A stretch of 64,000 nt of DNA from Roseovarius sp. Lineage in GTDB: Bacteria > Pseudomonadota > Alphaproteobacteria > Rhodobacterales > Rhodobacteraceae. The notes below the pieces were generated by a model. It was not told the origin of the DNA. It did not search any database and was given only the letters and a program-made list of their open reading frames with translations. Position 1 is the first letter of the stretch. Each line of letters begins with the position of its first letter. The position numbers and the translations under genes are program-made. Below, one piece after another: positions 9,669 through 19,427 of the stretch. The DNA is taken from NCBI GenBank assembly GCA_965227185.1, contig OZ245733.1:3594074-3658073 (forward strand), read 5' to 3'.

Positions 9669-9685
9669 TTAACGAACTGGTAACC
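9669..9685 (+). promoter_or_regulatory. CtrA-type binding site in the gafB/gafA divergent promoter
   Basis: TTAA-CGAACTG-GTAACC, one mismatch to TTAA-N7-TTAA. Confidence 0.7.
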
Positions 9686-9782
9686 AAGTCGCCTCTAGGT
9701 TGCATTCCGCTTGTGGATAAATCTGTGGGCAAATTGGGGCAACTGATCCTCTTGCAAGAGATCAGGCCAAGGAGGGAAACGG

Positions 9783-10904
9783 ATGAGCAAAGCTGGCTTG
9801 GCTGGGACACCCGCCACGAAAGATCTGTCCTGGGTGCCGATGGCAGCCATCACCTATCTGGCCCATACCGAGGGCGGCACGTCGATCAGGGCGCTGGCCC
9901 GACGACTTGGCTGTCACGCCTCCACCGTTTCGCGACAGGTCCGTGCGCTCGAAGCCCTGCGCGACGATCACCTTGTCGACGAGGCCCTGCGCCGCCTTGG
10001 CCCGCGGGTGATGTCCAATCAGGACGCCGGTTCGTGCATCAAGGAGAAACGCATGACCGCGCTGCCCGAAGACCAGAAAGTCCAACCGACACTGACCGAA
10101 ACCCGCCTCAACCGCGAAGCGCTGCGCGTGCTGCGCCGCCTGTGCGAAAAAGGGGCCGTGCTGGCCGTGGCCACCGAGATGGACAAGGCCGTGGTGGTGC
10201 GCGACACCGAGGCCGGGCAGAACCGCACCGCGGTCGTCGATCGCGACATCGCCGAGGCGATGGCGCTGAAATGCTGGATCAGCTGCGACGCGCCCGGCCG
10301 CGTGTCGCGCTATGCGATCACGTCGGCGGGGCGCACCGCGCTCGGACAGCTGATGGCCCAGGCCGAAAACAGCGCCCAGGGGTTCTCCGAGTCACAAGCC
10401 GCCTTCCTTGGCCGGGATGCCGCGCTGGACGAAGATGACGGCGAAGAGGGACAGGCCCGGCGCCGTATCCGCTATGGCGTCGCCGAGTCGCCCCTGATCC
10501 TGCTCTCGCGCCGCCGCGACCGCGACGGCAGCCGCTTTCTCGATCCCGACCTTGTCCGCGCCGGGGAGCGCCTGCGCGAGGATTTCGAGATGGCGCGTCT
10601 GGGGGACACGCCGCGCGACGACTGGACCGGCATCCTGACCGGCGCGGCCCAGCCCAAACCGGTCGAGCGGGCCAACGTCACCGCCCGGGCCGCCCAGGCC
10701 CGCGTTCTTGGCGCCTTGCGTGACCTGGGACCGGGGCTCGCCGACGTGGCGCTGCGCTGCTGCTGTTTCCTCGAAGGGCTGGAGACCACCGAGAAGAAGC
10801 TCGGCTGGTCCGCGCGCTCGTGCAAGATCGTGCTGCGCATCGCGCTGCAACGGCTCAAACGGCATTACGCGGAACTGGGCGACAGCGCCGGGCTGATGGG
10901 GTAG
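9783..10904 (+). CDS. gafA: Gene transfer agent activation factor GafA-like regulator (N-terminal HTH plus C-terminal DUF6456/sigma-like HTH)
   Basis: HTH SIRALARRLGCHASTVSRQVR; ESPL..L.RRRD..G..FL...LV.AGERLREDFE; GLETTEKKLGWSARSCKIVLRIALQRL; guaA-lipA synteny. Confidence 0.8.
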   Translation: MSKAGLAGTPATKDLSWVPMAAITYLAHTEGGTSIRALARRLGCHASTVSRQVRALEALRDDHLVDEALRRLGPRVMSNQDAGSCIKEKRMTALPEDQKVQPTLTETRLNREALRVLRRLCEKGAVLAVATEMDKAVVVRDTEAGQNRTAVVDRDIAEAMALKCWISCDAPGRVSRYAITSAGRTALGQLMAQAENSAQGFSESQAAFLGRDAALDEDDGEEGQARRRIRYGVAESPLILLSRRRDRDGSRFLDPDLVRAGERLREDFEMARLGDTPRDDWTGILTGAAQPKPVERANVTARAAQARVLGALRDLGPGLADVALRCCCFLEGLETTEKKLGWSARSCKIVLRIALQRLKRHYAELGDSAGLMG

Positions 10905-10916
10905 GGGCCGCGCCCC

Positions 10917-11642
10917 TCAGCCGCCCACCAGCCAGCCCACGCCAAACGCCGCCACGGCGCAGATCGTGCCCACCAGCAGCGTCTCGCCCACGCAGCGGCC
11001 CATCCTCTCGCCTGTCGCGTTCCAGCGCAACAGGCCGAGCGCGACAAGCGCCGCCGCCGTCGCCGCGACCGACAGCACGAAAGTTGTCTGCGTGGCCTCG
11101 AGTATGAAATAGGGAAAGAGCGGGATCGCCCCGAAAATAATGAACGACACGAAGGTGAACAGCCCGCTCAGCACGGGGCTGTCCTCGTCAGGGTCCTGCA
11201 TCCCGAACTCGTAGGTCATCATCAGGTCGGCCATGATCTCGGGGTGTTTCGACATGATCGTCGCAGTCGTGTCGGCCTCACCCGCGGGCAGGCCGCGCTG
11301 GCGCAGGATCTCGAACAGCTCCATCCGCTCGTGTTCCGGGTCAGCTGCAATCTCGCGCAGTTCGCTCACGCGTCGCGAGCGGTAAAGGTCGTGCTGCGAC
11401 CGCAGCGACAGGAATTCCCCCAGCCCCATGCTGATCGCGTCGGCAAAAAGGTTGGCCAGCCCGAAAACCAGAACCGCCACGCCGCCGATCTGTGCCACGC
11501 CCTCGGCCTGCGCGCCTGCAAAGCCCGCCACGATGGCAAAGGTGGTCACGATCCCGTCATTGCCGCCATAGACGATCTGTTTCAGGTATTCCTGCGTTTG
11601 GCTAAGTCGATGCGCCTCGCGCCGGTGCCGTTGCCAATCCAT
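10917..11642 (-). CDS. VIT1/CCC1 family metal transporter
   Basis: IVYGGNDGIVTTFAIVAG and FADAISMGLGEFLS motifs. Start at MDWQ (11642). Confidence 0.92.
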   Translation of the reverse strand: MDWQRHRREAHRLSQTQEYLKQIVYGGNDGIVTTFAIVAGFAGAQAEGVAQIGGVAVLVFGLANLFADAISMGLGEFLSLRSQHDLYRSRRVSELREIAADPEHERMELFEILRQRGLPAGEADTTATIMSKHPEIMADLMMTYEFGMQDPDEDSPVLSGLFTFVSFIIFGAIPLFPYFILEATQTTFVLSVAATAAALVALGLLRWNATGERMGRCVGETLLVGTICAVAAFGVGWLVGG

Positions 11643-11892
11643 CCTGCCCCCGGTTCCTGCCTCGGGCGCCAGCATAGAGCGGCCCGCGCCCGGCGCAACA
11701 GCCCGCGCGCCGGGAACCGCGCCCGCGCGCAGGCTGCACGGGCGCGCACCTTTTACATCCCTGCGAAGGGAGGTGGGCCACTCGTTACCGGGCGTATCCG
11801 TCACATGCATGACGGGATTGCATCACTGGAACTTCCCACCGCAGTGACTTATAAATAGGATGTCTTACCAAATGATTTGCGGGGAAAAATTC

Positions 11893-12840
11893 GTGCGCGA
11901 TCTCAAGATCCCGGACCAGCGCCACCCTGAAAAGGCGCACCGTCCCGATAACGCCCAACCGAAAAAGCCGGACTGGATCCGCGTCAAGGCGCCCGTCGGC
12001 AAGGGCTATCTGGAAACCCACCGGATCATGCGCGAGCACAAGCTGGTCACGGTCTGCGAGGAAGCGGGTTGTCCCAATGCCGGCGAATGCTGGAACCAGG
12101 GGCATGCCACCATGATGATCATGGGGGAGGTCTGCACCCGCGCTTGTTCGTTCTGCAACATCGCCACCGGCAAGCCGCCCGAGGACCTGGACCCGTTCGA
12201 GCCGGGCCGCGTGGCGGATGCCGTGCAGAAGCTGGGGCTCAATCACGTGGTCATTACCTCGGTGGATCGCGACGATGTCGAGGATGGCGGGGCGGAGCAT
12301 TTCGCCCAGACGATCCGCGCGATCCGCCACCGCTCGCCCGGCACCACGATCGAGATCCTGACGCCGGATTTCCTGCATTGCGACCCTGCGGTGCTCGAGG
12401 TCGTGGTCGCGGCGCAACCGGACGTCTTCAACCACAACCTCGAAACCGTCCCGGGCCTATACCCCGAAGTACGCCCCGGCGCGCGCTATTTCCATTCGCT
12501 GCGCCTGTTGCAACGGGTCAAGGAAATGGATCCGGGGATCTTTACCAAGTCCGGCATCATGGTGGGCCTGGGCGAAGACAGGCAGGCCGTGCACCAGGTG
12601 ATGGACGACATGCGCGCCGCCGATATCGATTTCCTGACGATCGGCCAGTACCTTCAACCCACGCCCAAGCACCACGCCGTGGACCGCTTCGTGCATCCCG
12701 ACGAATTCGCCGCTTACGAAAAGGCCGCCTATGGCAAGGGCTTCCTGATGGTCTCGGCCACGCCGCTGACGCGCTCGTCCTATCATGCGGGTGACGATTT
12801 CGCCCGGCTGCGCGACGCGCGGATGGCCAAGCTGGGGTAG
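11893..12840 (+). CDS. lipA: Lipoyl synthase
   Basis: [20 protein letters not shown] radical-SAM motif, RSSYHA. GTG start inferred. Confidence 0.98.
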   Translation: MRDLKIPDQRHPEKAHRPDNAQPKKPDWIRVKAPVGKGYLETHRIMREHKLVTVCEEAGCPNAGECWNQGHATMMIMGEVCTRACSFCNIATGKPPEDLDPFEPGRVADAVQKLGLNHVVITSVDRDDVEDGGAEHFAQTIRAIRHRSPGTTIEILTPDFLHCDPAVLEVVVAAQPDVFNHNLETVPGLYPEVRPGARYFHSLRLLQRVKEMDPGIFTKSGIMVGLGEDRQAVHQVMDDMRAADIDFLTIGQYLQPTPKHHAVDRFVHPDEFAAYEKAAYGKGFLMVSATPLTRSSYHAGDDFARLRDARMAKLG

Positions 12841-12871
12841 GACGCACCCTAAGGTCCTTCCACAACGGCAA

Positions 12872-12963
12872 GAGATCCCGGATCAAGTCCGGGATGACGT
12901 CTGCGTCAGGATCGTGCCGGACGAAAGCAGCGCCAACCCATCCCGGACCTGATCCGGGATCTC
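12872..12963. repeat. Two CGTC-type REP palindromes between convergent genes
   Basis: 12872-12899 is identical to 7434-7461; 12939-12963 CATCCCGGACCTGATCCGGGATCTC is an inverted near-copy. Confidence 0.9.
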
Positions 12964-13038
12964 ACCTTCGCAAACAAAAACACCGGCCTCGCGGGGCCGG
13001 TGCTCAGCAAAATTATTCACGTTTCGTCGCGCGGGGCC

Positions 13039-13608
13039 TTAGCGCCCCCAGCTGCGGACCGGGCCACAATCCATGTGCACGAAGTTGGAGCCGGAGTAGC
13101 GGCCCACACCACCACCGCGACAGGCCGCCGCCGCGCGGTACATCTGGTTCACCGAGCGCGAGTTCATCCGCAGGTCGGCCGCCTGGCCACGCAGGTGGCG
13201 CGAATTCTTGGCCACGCCGCTGGAGCGCGAGCGCAGCATCGCGTTGGTCTTGGGGCTGCGGTAACCGGACAGCAGCAAGTAGGGCTCGTTCACATCCATC
13301 AGGTTGTGGGCCGCTGCCATGATGTCCATCGTGCGCATGTCGATGTTGTGGACATCGTTGGTGCGCCAGTCGCGCATGAAGAGGTTGATCTCGCGGACTG
13401 CGTCCTTGATGTATTCGCCTTCGATCCAGTAGATCGTGTCGATCTTTTCACCGGTGCGGGGCGAGGCCATGGTCAGCCGACGAATATCGCCAGCGCCTCG
13501 AAGGAACCCTGCTGCGTTGGAAAACGTTGGTGCTGCGACCACTGTCGTAGCTGCAAATGCACCCAGTAACGCACGCCGCGTTACGCTCGTCGAGCTTTGA
13601 TCAGTCAT
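13039..13608 (-). CDS. YcbK/DUF882 family peptidase M15 (Tat-type signal)
   Basis: TRRALL twin-arginine signal; LLSGYRSPKTN, KNSRH, GQAAD, FVHMDCG. Confidence 0.93.
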   Translation of the reverse strand: MTDQSSTSVTRRALLGAFAATTVVAAPTFSNAAGFLRGAGDIRRLTMASPRTGEKIDTIYWIEGEYIKDAVREINLFMRDWRTNDVHNIDMRTMDIMAAAHNLMDVNEPYLLLSGYRSPKTNAMLRSRSSGVAKNSRHLRGQAADLRMNSRSVNQMYRAAAACRGGGVGRYSGSNFVHMDCGPVRSWGR

Positions 13609-13943
13609 ATGATTAGCGCCTGTCCCGTCGCTTGCCTGTTGCCGCGTTAAGAAGCGGCTCTGTTCATCTCATCCCCAGATGTGTGATTGTTATTGCATAT
13701 CAGGATTCGGTTACCAAGGGGTGAAAGCCAAAGGTTCCATGGCACAAGAGATTTCGGCAAGAATTTGCGCAAATTCCGTGCAGCCGTGCTTCCAGACCGC
13801 AGCCCGCTTTGCGTCCTGGCGGCCACATGTGTCGGTTTTTACCTTTAAAACCAATTGTGATTGGACAGCTCATTCGCGATAGGAACTAATGATTGCGTGT
13901 GCTTGTTGCGCACACAGGGAAAATCGTTGATTTGGAGAACGGC

Positions 13944-15575
13944 ATGAGCAGCGCGTTGCGCATCTTTGGGCACACCAGCATTTTCACCACCATCGTCAGT
14001 GGCCTGATGGCCGTTGTATTCTGGATGTCCGCGGCAAACCCCGCCGCCGCGCAGGTCACCGCCTTCAAGCAGGCCGTCGCCGAGGCCGCCTCGGACGACC
14101 GCGATCTAGCCGCCTTCTATCGCAGCACCGACTTTACCGGCATCTGGACCGATCAGGACGCGCACATGGCCCGCCGGCAGGCGCTGTTCCTCGCGCTGCA
14201 AACGGTGTCGGCTCACGGCCTGCCCAAGTCGCGATACGACATCGACGCGCTCGAACAGATGTTGCGCGCCGCGCGCACACCTCGCGATATCGGCTTTGCC
14301 GAGGTCGCGCTCAGCAAGGCATTTCTGAACCTTGCCGATGACATGCGCACCGGCGTTCTCGACCCGCGCCGCGTGGTGCCCGCCATCAAGCGAGAGCTGC
14401 GCGATTATGACCGGACCCGCACGCTCACCGCCTTTGCCGCCAGTAACGAGCCACGCCAGTTCATCCGCCAGCTGGCCCCCTCGACCAACGAATACAAACG
14501 CCTGATGAAGGAAAAGATGCGGCTCGAAGATCTCGTCGCCCAGGGCGGCTGGGGGCCGACCGTGCCGGGCGGCAAGCTCGAACCGGGCGCGTCCGGTGCG
14601 GCCGTGACGGCGCTGCGCAATCGGCTGATGGCCAAGGGCTATCTGGGGCGCACCGCCACGCAAAGCTATGACGCCACGATTCAGAAGGCCGTGCGGGAGT
14701 TTCAGCGCGACCACGGGCTGGAACCCGACGGCGTCGCCGGCGAAAGCACCCTGCGCGAGGTCAACGCCACCGCCGAGGACCGCCTTCAGTCGGTGATTGT
14801 CGCGATGGAGCGCGAGCGTTGGCTGAACCTGCCGCAGGGCCGGGGCAAGCGCCACGTCCTCGTGAACCTCACCGATTTCTCCGCCCGCATCATCGATGAC
14901 GATATCGAGACCTTCCGCACGCGGGCCGTGATCGGCGCCAAGGCCGCCGACCGGCAAAGCCCCGAGTTCTCGGACGAGATGGAGCACATGATCATCAACC
15001 CGACCTGGCACGTGCCGCGCTCGATCGCGGTCAAGGAATACCTGCCGAAGATGAAACGCAACCGCAACGCCGCCGGCCACCTGCGCCTTGTCGACAGCCG
15101 CGGTCGCACGGTCAGCCGCTCCCGCATCAATTTCGGCGCCTACAACGCCCGCAATTTCCCGTTTGCCATCAAGCAGCCGCCCTCCAGCCGCAATGCGCTT
15201 GGCCTGGTGAAGTTCATGTTCCCCAACAAGTACAACATCTACCTGCACGACACTCCGCAGAAGCACTTGTTCGACCATGAAACTCGCGCCTACAGTCACG
15301 GCTGCATCCGCCTGCACCAGCCCTTCGATTTCGCCTACGCCCTGCTGGCAGTGCAGGAGGCCGACCCGAAGGGCAAATTTCACGGCATCCTGAATACGGG
15401 GCGTGAAACCAAGGTCGATCTGGAAAACCACGTCCCGGTGCACATCATTTATCGCACCGCCGTGACCTCTCCCAAGGGGCACGTGAACTATCGCCCCGAT
15501 GTCTATGGCCGAGATGCACGGATTTGGTCCGCGCTGGAACGGGCAGGGGTTTCGCTGCCCGGCGTTCGGGGATAA
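13944..15575 (+). CDS. Murein L,D-transpeptidase (YcbB/LdtD-like) with peptidoglycan-binding domain
   Basis: FQRDHGLEPDGVAG, NPTWHVP, IYLHDTP, SHGCIRL. ATG at 13944 has a GGAG RBS. Confidence 0.93.
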   Translation: MSSALRIFGHTSIFTTIVSGLMAVVFWMSAANPAAAQVTAFKQAVAEAASDDRDLAAFYRSTDFTGIWTDQDAHMARRQALFLALQTVSAHGLPKSRYDIDALEQMLRAARTPRDIGFAEVALSKAFLNLADDMRTGVLDPRRVVPAIKRELRDYDRTRTLTAFAASNEPRQFIRQLAPSTNEYKRLMKEKMRLEDLVAQGGWGPTVPGGKLEPGASGAAVTALRNRLMAKGYLGRTATQSYDATIQKAVREFQRDHGLEPDGVAGESTLREVNATAEDRLQSVIVAMERERWLNLPQGRGKRHVLVNLTDFSARIIDDDIETFRTRAVIGAKAADRQSPEFSDEMEHMIINPTWHVPRSIAVKEYLPKMKRNRNAAGHLRLVDSRGRTVSRSRINFGAYNARNFPFAIKQPPSSRNALGLVKFMFPNKYNIYLHDTPQKHLFDHETRAYSHGCIRLHQPFDFAYALLAVQEADPKGKFHGILNTGRETKVDLENHVPVHIIYRTAVTSPKGHVNYRPDVYGRDARIWSALERAGVSLPGVRG

Positions 15576-15602
15576 ACCGGCCCCGAACGAAGGGGTTGCC
15601 AC

Positions 15603-16694
15603 ATGTCCTACACCATAGACCAGATCGCGCGCGCGCTCGGGGCCAACGCCATGGGCGCGACCGACATCGCCATTGATGGCGTGTCCGAACCCGCCGACGC
15701 CGGGCCGACCAACCTCGCGCTGGCCATGAAACCGGAATATGCCGAAACTCTCTCGCAGGGGCGTGCCCGCGCCGCGCTTGTCTGGGACGGGGCCGACTGG
15801 CAGGCGCTGGGGCTGGAGGCGGCGATCGTCGCGCCGCGCCCGCGCTACGTCATGTCCGGTCTGAGTACGCTTTTCGATCCCGGGCAGGGCTGGGACGACG
15901 GGATCCATCCCTCGGCCATCATTCACGACAGCGCCAAGCTGGGGGACAACGTCACGGTCGGCCCGCTGGCGGTCATCTGTGCCGGCGCCCGGATCGGCGC
16001 AAACAGCGTGATCGGCCCGCAAAGCTTTGTCGGCACCGACGCGGTTCTGGGCGAACAGGCTTTCCTGCGCGAAGGCGCCCGCATCGGCGCGCGCGTGGTA
16101 ATCGGCGACCGTTTCATCGCACAGCCCAACGCGGTGGTGGGCTCGGACGGGTTTTCCTATGTCACCCCGGACGTCTCGGGCGTCGAACGCGCCCGCCAGA
16201 CACTGGGCGATCAGGGCGACATTGCCGCGCAATCCTATGTTCGCATCCACAGCCTCGGCGCGGTCCGCATCGGCGACGATGTCGAGGTCGGCGCCCATGC
16301 CTCGCTTGACCGGGGCACAATCCGCGACACCGTGATAGGCGACCGCACCAAGATCGACAATCTCGTGCAGATCGGCCACAACTGCGTTATCGGCACCGAC
16401 TGCCTGCTTTGCGGACAGGTCGGGCTGGCCGGCTCGGTCAAGGTCGGCAACAGCGTGGTTCTGGCGGGGCAGGTGGGCGTCGGCGACAATATCTTCGTCG
16501 GCGACAATGTCATCGCCGGGGGCGGCACCAAGATCCTCGCCAACGTCCCCGCGGGCCGCGTCATGCTGGGCTACCCGGCGATGAAAATGGACACCCAGAT
16601 GGAGGTCTATAAGTACCTGCGCCGGATCAAGCGGCTCTTTGCCGACGTGGCTGACCTCAAGAAAGCTGTTTCAAAACCGGACCAGAGTGACTAA
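15603..16694 (+). CDS. lpxD: UDP-3-O-(3-hydroxyacyl)glucosamine N-acyltransferase
   Basis: Hexapeptide repeats; DRGTIRDTVIG, KIDNLVQIGHN. Confidence 0.95.
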   Translation: MSYTIDQIARALGANAMGATDIAIDGVSEPADAGPTNLALAMKPEYAETLSQGRARAALVWDGADWQALGLEAAIVAPRPRYVMSGLSTLFDPGQGWDDGIHPSAIIHDSAKLGDNVTVGPLAVICAGARIGANSVIGPQSFVGTDAVLGEQAFLREGARIGARVVIGDRFIAQPNAVVGSDGFSYVTPDVSGVERARQTLGDQGDIAAQSYVRIHSLGAVRIGDDVEVGAHASLDRGTIRDTVIGDRTKIDNLVQIGHNCVIGTDCLLCGQVGLAGSVKVGNSVVLAGQVGVGDNIFVGDNVIAGGGTKILANVPAGRVMLGYPAMKMDTQMEVYKYLRRIKRLFADVADLKKAVSKPDQSD

Positions 16695-16723
16695 AGCGGT
16701 TCGCGGAAAGAACGGGGTGCTGC

Positions 16724-16984
16724 ATGGATACCAAGGACAAGGTCATCGAAATCATCGCCGAACAGGCTGTGCTTGAACCATCCGACGTCACGATGGACAG
16801 CACGCTGGAGGAACTGGGCATCGACAGCCTCGGGCTCGTGGAAAGCATTTTCGCCATCGAGGAGGCCTTCGACATCTCCGTGCCCTTCAATGCCAACGCC
16901 CCCGAGGAAAGCGATTTCGACATCTCGTCCGTCGCTTCCATCGTGGCGGGAATCGAGAAGCTGGTGGCGGAACAGAAAGCGTGA
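16724..16984 (+). CDS. Acyl carrier protein (second, specialised copy)
   Basis: LGIDSLGLVE phosphopantetheine motif; acidic, 86 aa. Confidence 0.93.
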   Translation: MDTKDKVIEIIAEQAVLEPSDVTMDSTLEELGIDSLGLVESIFAIEEAFDISVPFNANAPEESDFDISSVASIVAGIEKLVAEQKA

Positions 16985-18192
16985 AGCGGGTCGTCATAAC
17001 AGGCGCGGGCACGATCAACGCGCTCGGGGCCAGCGTGCCCGAAACGCTGGAGGCGATGCGCGAGGGCCGCTCCGGCATCTCCGAACTGGATATCCGCGAC
17101 GTCGACCGGCTGGCCATCAAGATTGGCGGCCAGGTCAAGGGCTACGAGCCTGAGGAGCGCTTCAACCGTCAGCAACTGGCGCTTTATGACAGGTTCACGC
17201 AATTCACCCTGGTCGCCGCCCGCGAGGCCATCGCGCAATCGGGCCTGAAATTCGACGGCGAACTGGCCGCGCGGGCCGGCGTTGTGCTGGGCAATTCGGG
17301 CGGCGGCATGACCACGCTCGACGAAAACTATCGCTCGGTTTACGAGGAGGGCAAGAACCGCGTCCATCCCTTCGTGGTGCCCAAGCTGATGAACAATGCG
17401 GCGGCCAGCCACGTATCGATGGAATTCAACCTCAAAGGTCCGTCCTTTACCGTCTCCACCGCCTGCGCGTCGTCCAACCACGCCATGGCGCAGGCGTTCC
17501 AAATGGTGCATGGCGGCCTCACGCCGGTGATGATCGCCGGCGGCTCGGAATCCATGCTGTGCTTCGGCGGTGTCAAGGCATGGGAAGGCCTGCGCGTCAT
17601 GTCCAAGGACGGCTGCCGCCCGTTCTCGGCCAACCGCAACGGCATGGTGCAGGGCGAAGGCGCGGGCATCTTCGTCTTCGAGGAACTGGAGCACGCCAAG
17701 GCGCGCGGCGCTGAAATCCACGCCGAGGTCGCGGGCTTTGCCATGTCCTCGGACGCCGCCGACATCGTCATGCCGTCCAAGAATGGCGCCTCGCGCGCCA
17801 TTTCCGGTGCCATGCTGGACGCCAAGATCAACCCGACCGATGTGGGCTATATCAACGCCCACGGCACCGGCACCGCCGCCAATGACAAGACCGAAAGCGC
17901 CGCCGTCGCGGATGTCTTCGGCGCCCATGCCGACCGGCTGATGATCTCGTCGACGAAGTCGATGCACGGCCACCTGATCGGCGGCACCGGCGCGGTCGAA
18001 CTGCTGGCTTGCATCATGGCTCTGCGCGACGGCATTGTCGCGCCCACCATCAACTACGACGAGCCCGATCCCGAATGCGCGCTCGACGTCGTACCCAACG
18101 AGGCCCGCGCGGCAAAGGTCGACGTGGCGCTGTCGAACGCCTTCGCCTTTGGCGGCCTCAACGCGGTACTGGCGCTCAAGCGCTTCGCCTGA
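16981..18192 (+). CDS. fabF: Beta-ketoacyl-ACP synthase II family
   Basis: TACASS, INAHGTGT and GHLIG catalytic Cys-His-His motifs; SNAFAFGG. Confidence 0.9.
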   Translation: MKRVVITGAGTINALGASVPETLEAMREGRSGISELDIRDVDRLAIKIGGQVKGYEPEERFNRQQLALYDRFTQFTLVAAREAIAQSGLKFDGELAARAGVVLGNSGGGMTTLDENYRSVYEEGKNRVHPFVVPKLMNNAAASHVSMEFNLKGPSFTVSTACASSNHAMAQAFQMVHGGLTPVMIAGGSESMLCFGGVKAWEGLRVMSKDGCRPFSANRNGMVQGEGAGIFVFEELEHAKARGAEIHAEVAGFAMSSDAADIVMPSKNGASRAISGAMLDAKINPTDVGYINAHGTGTAANDKTESAAVADVFGAHADRLMISSTKSMHGHLIGGTGAVELLACIMALRDGIVAPTINYDEPDPECALDVVPNEARAAKVDVALSNAFAFGGLNAVLALKRFA

Positions 18193-18491
18193 CGGTCGCA
18201 ACTGGTGTTCGGGCTAAGTTTTGCGGACTTTGCTGCGGTTCACCACGGAGGCGAGCGTCAGCCCCTGGGGTGGCGATCCGACAGCAAATCTGAAGCCCTT
18301 TATGCCCGCCAAATACATCCTCGGAATAATCGGTGCGCCCAACCTCAGCCAAATCGCCAGCCCGAGGGAGGGGCTGACGATGGCCGGGCCGCTTCGCGGC
18401 TGTTGACCGGCTGCGAGCTATACACTGGTGTCCCGCAAGGGCACCAAGCGGATACTTCGCCCCGCGCTTGCCCTTAGGCCGTCACAAGCAG

Positions 18492-18524
18492 AAAAAAGCG
18501 CCGCCCCAAATCAGGAGCGGCGCA
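18492..18524 (-). terminator. Intrinsic terminator of ialB
   Basis: Minus strand GCGCCGCTCC-N6-GGGGCGGCGC followed by TTTTTT. Confidence 0.8.
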
Positions 18525-18551
18525 TTTCAATCTCGTTTGTGACTCGGGCGC

Positions 18552-19256
18552 TTACTGGTCCAGCACCGATACCTCGTTATAGGCGGCGGTAAAGCCGGCC
18601 AGCGAGGCTTCGATCTCGACCACTTGGTCGGGGGCCTGCGCCGGCACCAGTGTCAGGCGGGCAGCGGCGCCTGCCTGAAACGCGTTGATGTCGGCCTGGG
18701 TGAACCCAATACGGGCAAAACAGCCACCCATCGAGCAGAACGAATAATTGTAGCTCTTGGCCTTGCCGCCATCGACCGAGATCTTCAGGCCCTGCGGCAA
18801 CAGCGTGCCCAACGGCACGGCGATTGTGGCACCCGCCACGGCTTGGCCCTCGCTGGGCAGCTTGAACAGGCTGAACTCAGCCACCGGGTTGCCGCCTTCC
18901 TCGCGCAGCAGCTGGTACATCTGGCAGGGGTCTTCGCCTGCCTCACTGCGGAAGCACTGAAGCTGCCAGTCGTCGAAGGTCTCCTTGATATAGGATGGAT
19001 CTTCCTGTTCCTCGCGGCCCAGGTCCAGGCCGGTGGCCGGATCGGTCTGTCCGGCGGTATCCGCTGCGTCGTCCGTTTCCGTCTGTGCTTCGGTTTCGCT
19101 CTCCGTTTCGGTTTCGGTCTCCGATCCGGTGGCTTCCGTCTCGGTCGCCGTTGCACCGTCCGCGGTGCCTTCGGTCTCTTCCGTTTCCTGTGCGCTCAAT
19201 GCCGAGCCGACGCCCAGAAGAACGAGAAAGGGAAGGGTGTGCAAAAGTCTGGTCAT
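18552..19256 (-). CDS. Invasion-associated locus B (IalB) family protein
   Basis: Signal peptide, acidic E/T-rich linker, then FDDWQLQC, CQMYQ, VPLGTLLPQG, CSMGGCFA, SLAGFTAAY. Confidence 0.9.
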   Translation of the reverse strand: MTRLLHTLPFLVLLGVGSALSAQETEETEGTADGATATETEATGSETETETESETEAQTETDDAADTAGQTDPATGLDLGREEQEDPSYIKETFDDWQLQCFRSEAGEDPCQMYQLLREEGGNPVAEFSLFKLPSEGQAVAGATIAVPLGTLLPQGLKISVDGGKAKSYNYSFCSMGGCFARIGFTQADINAFQAGAAARLTLVPAQAPDQVVEIEASLAGFTAAYNEVSVLDQ

Positions 19257-19427
19257 GTGGACCCCGTTATCTAGTCTGAAATCAAGCTGGGTGCGCTCTA
19301 ACATGGGTGATTGCAAGTGTCAGGATAAAACCGTAACGCCCGTGCCAGTGCAAGGCGGATTTTCGCTGCCTTTGAACCGGGGTCGGGCATCGCTATCCTC
19401 TTGAAATAACGACAAAACATTACCCAT

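Noticed and set aside
18205-18477. 90-aa and 61-aa ORFs after fabF, including a lipobox-like LLTGC; also a 6S RNA interpretation
   Set aside because: No hydrophobic signal precedes the Cys in frame. The stem lacks the length and the zapA/ygfA context of 6S RNA.
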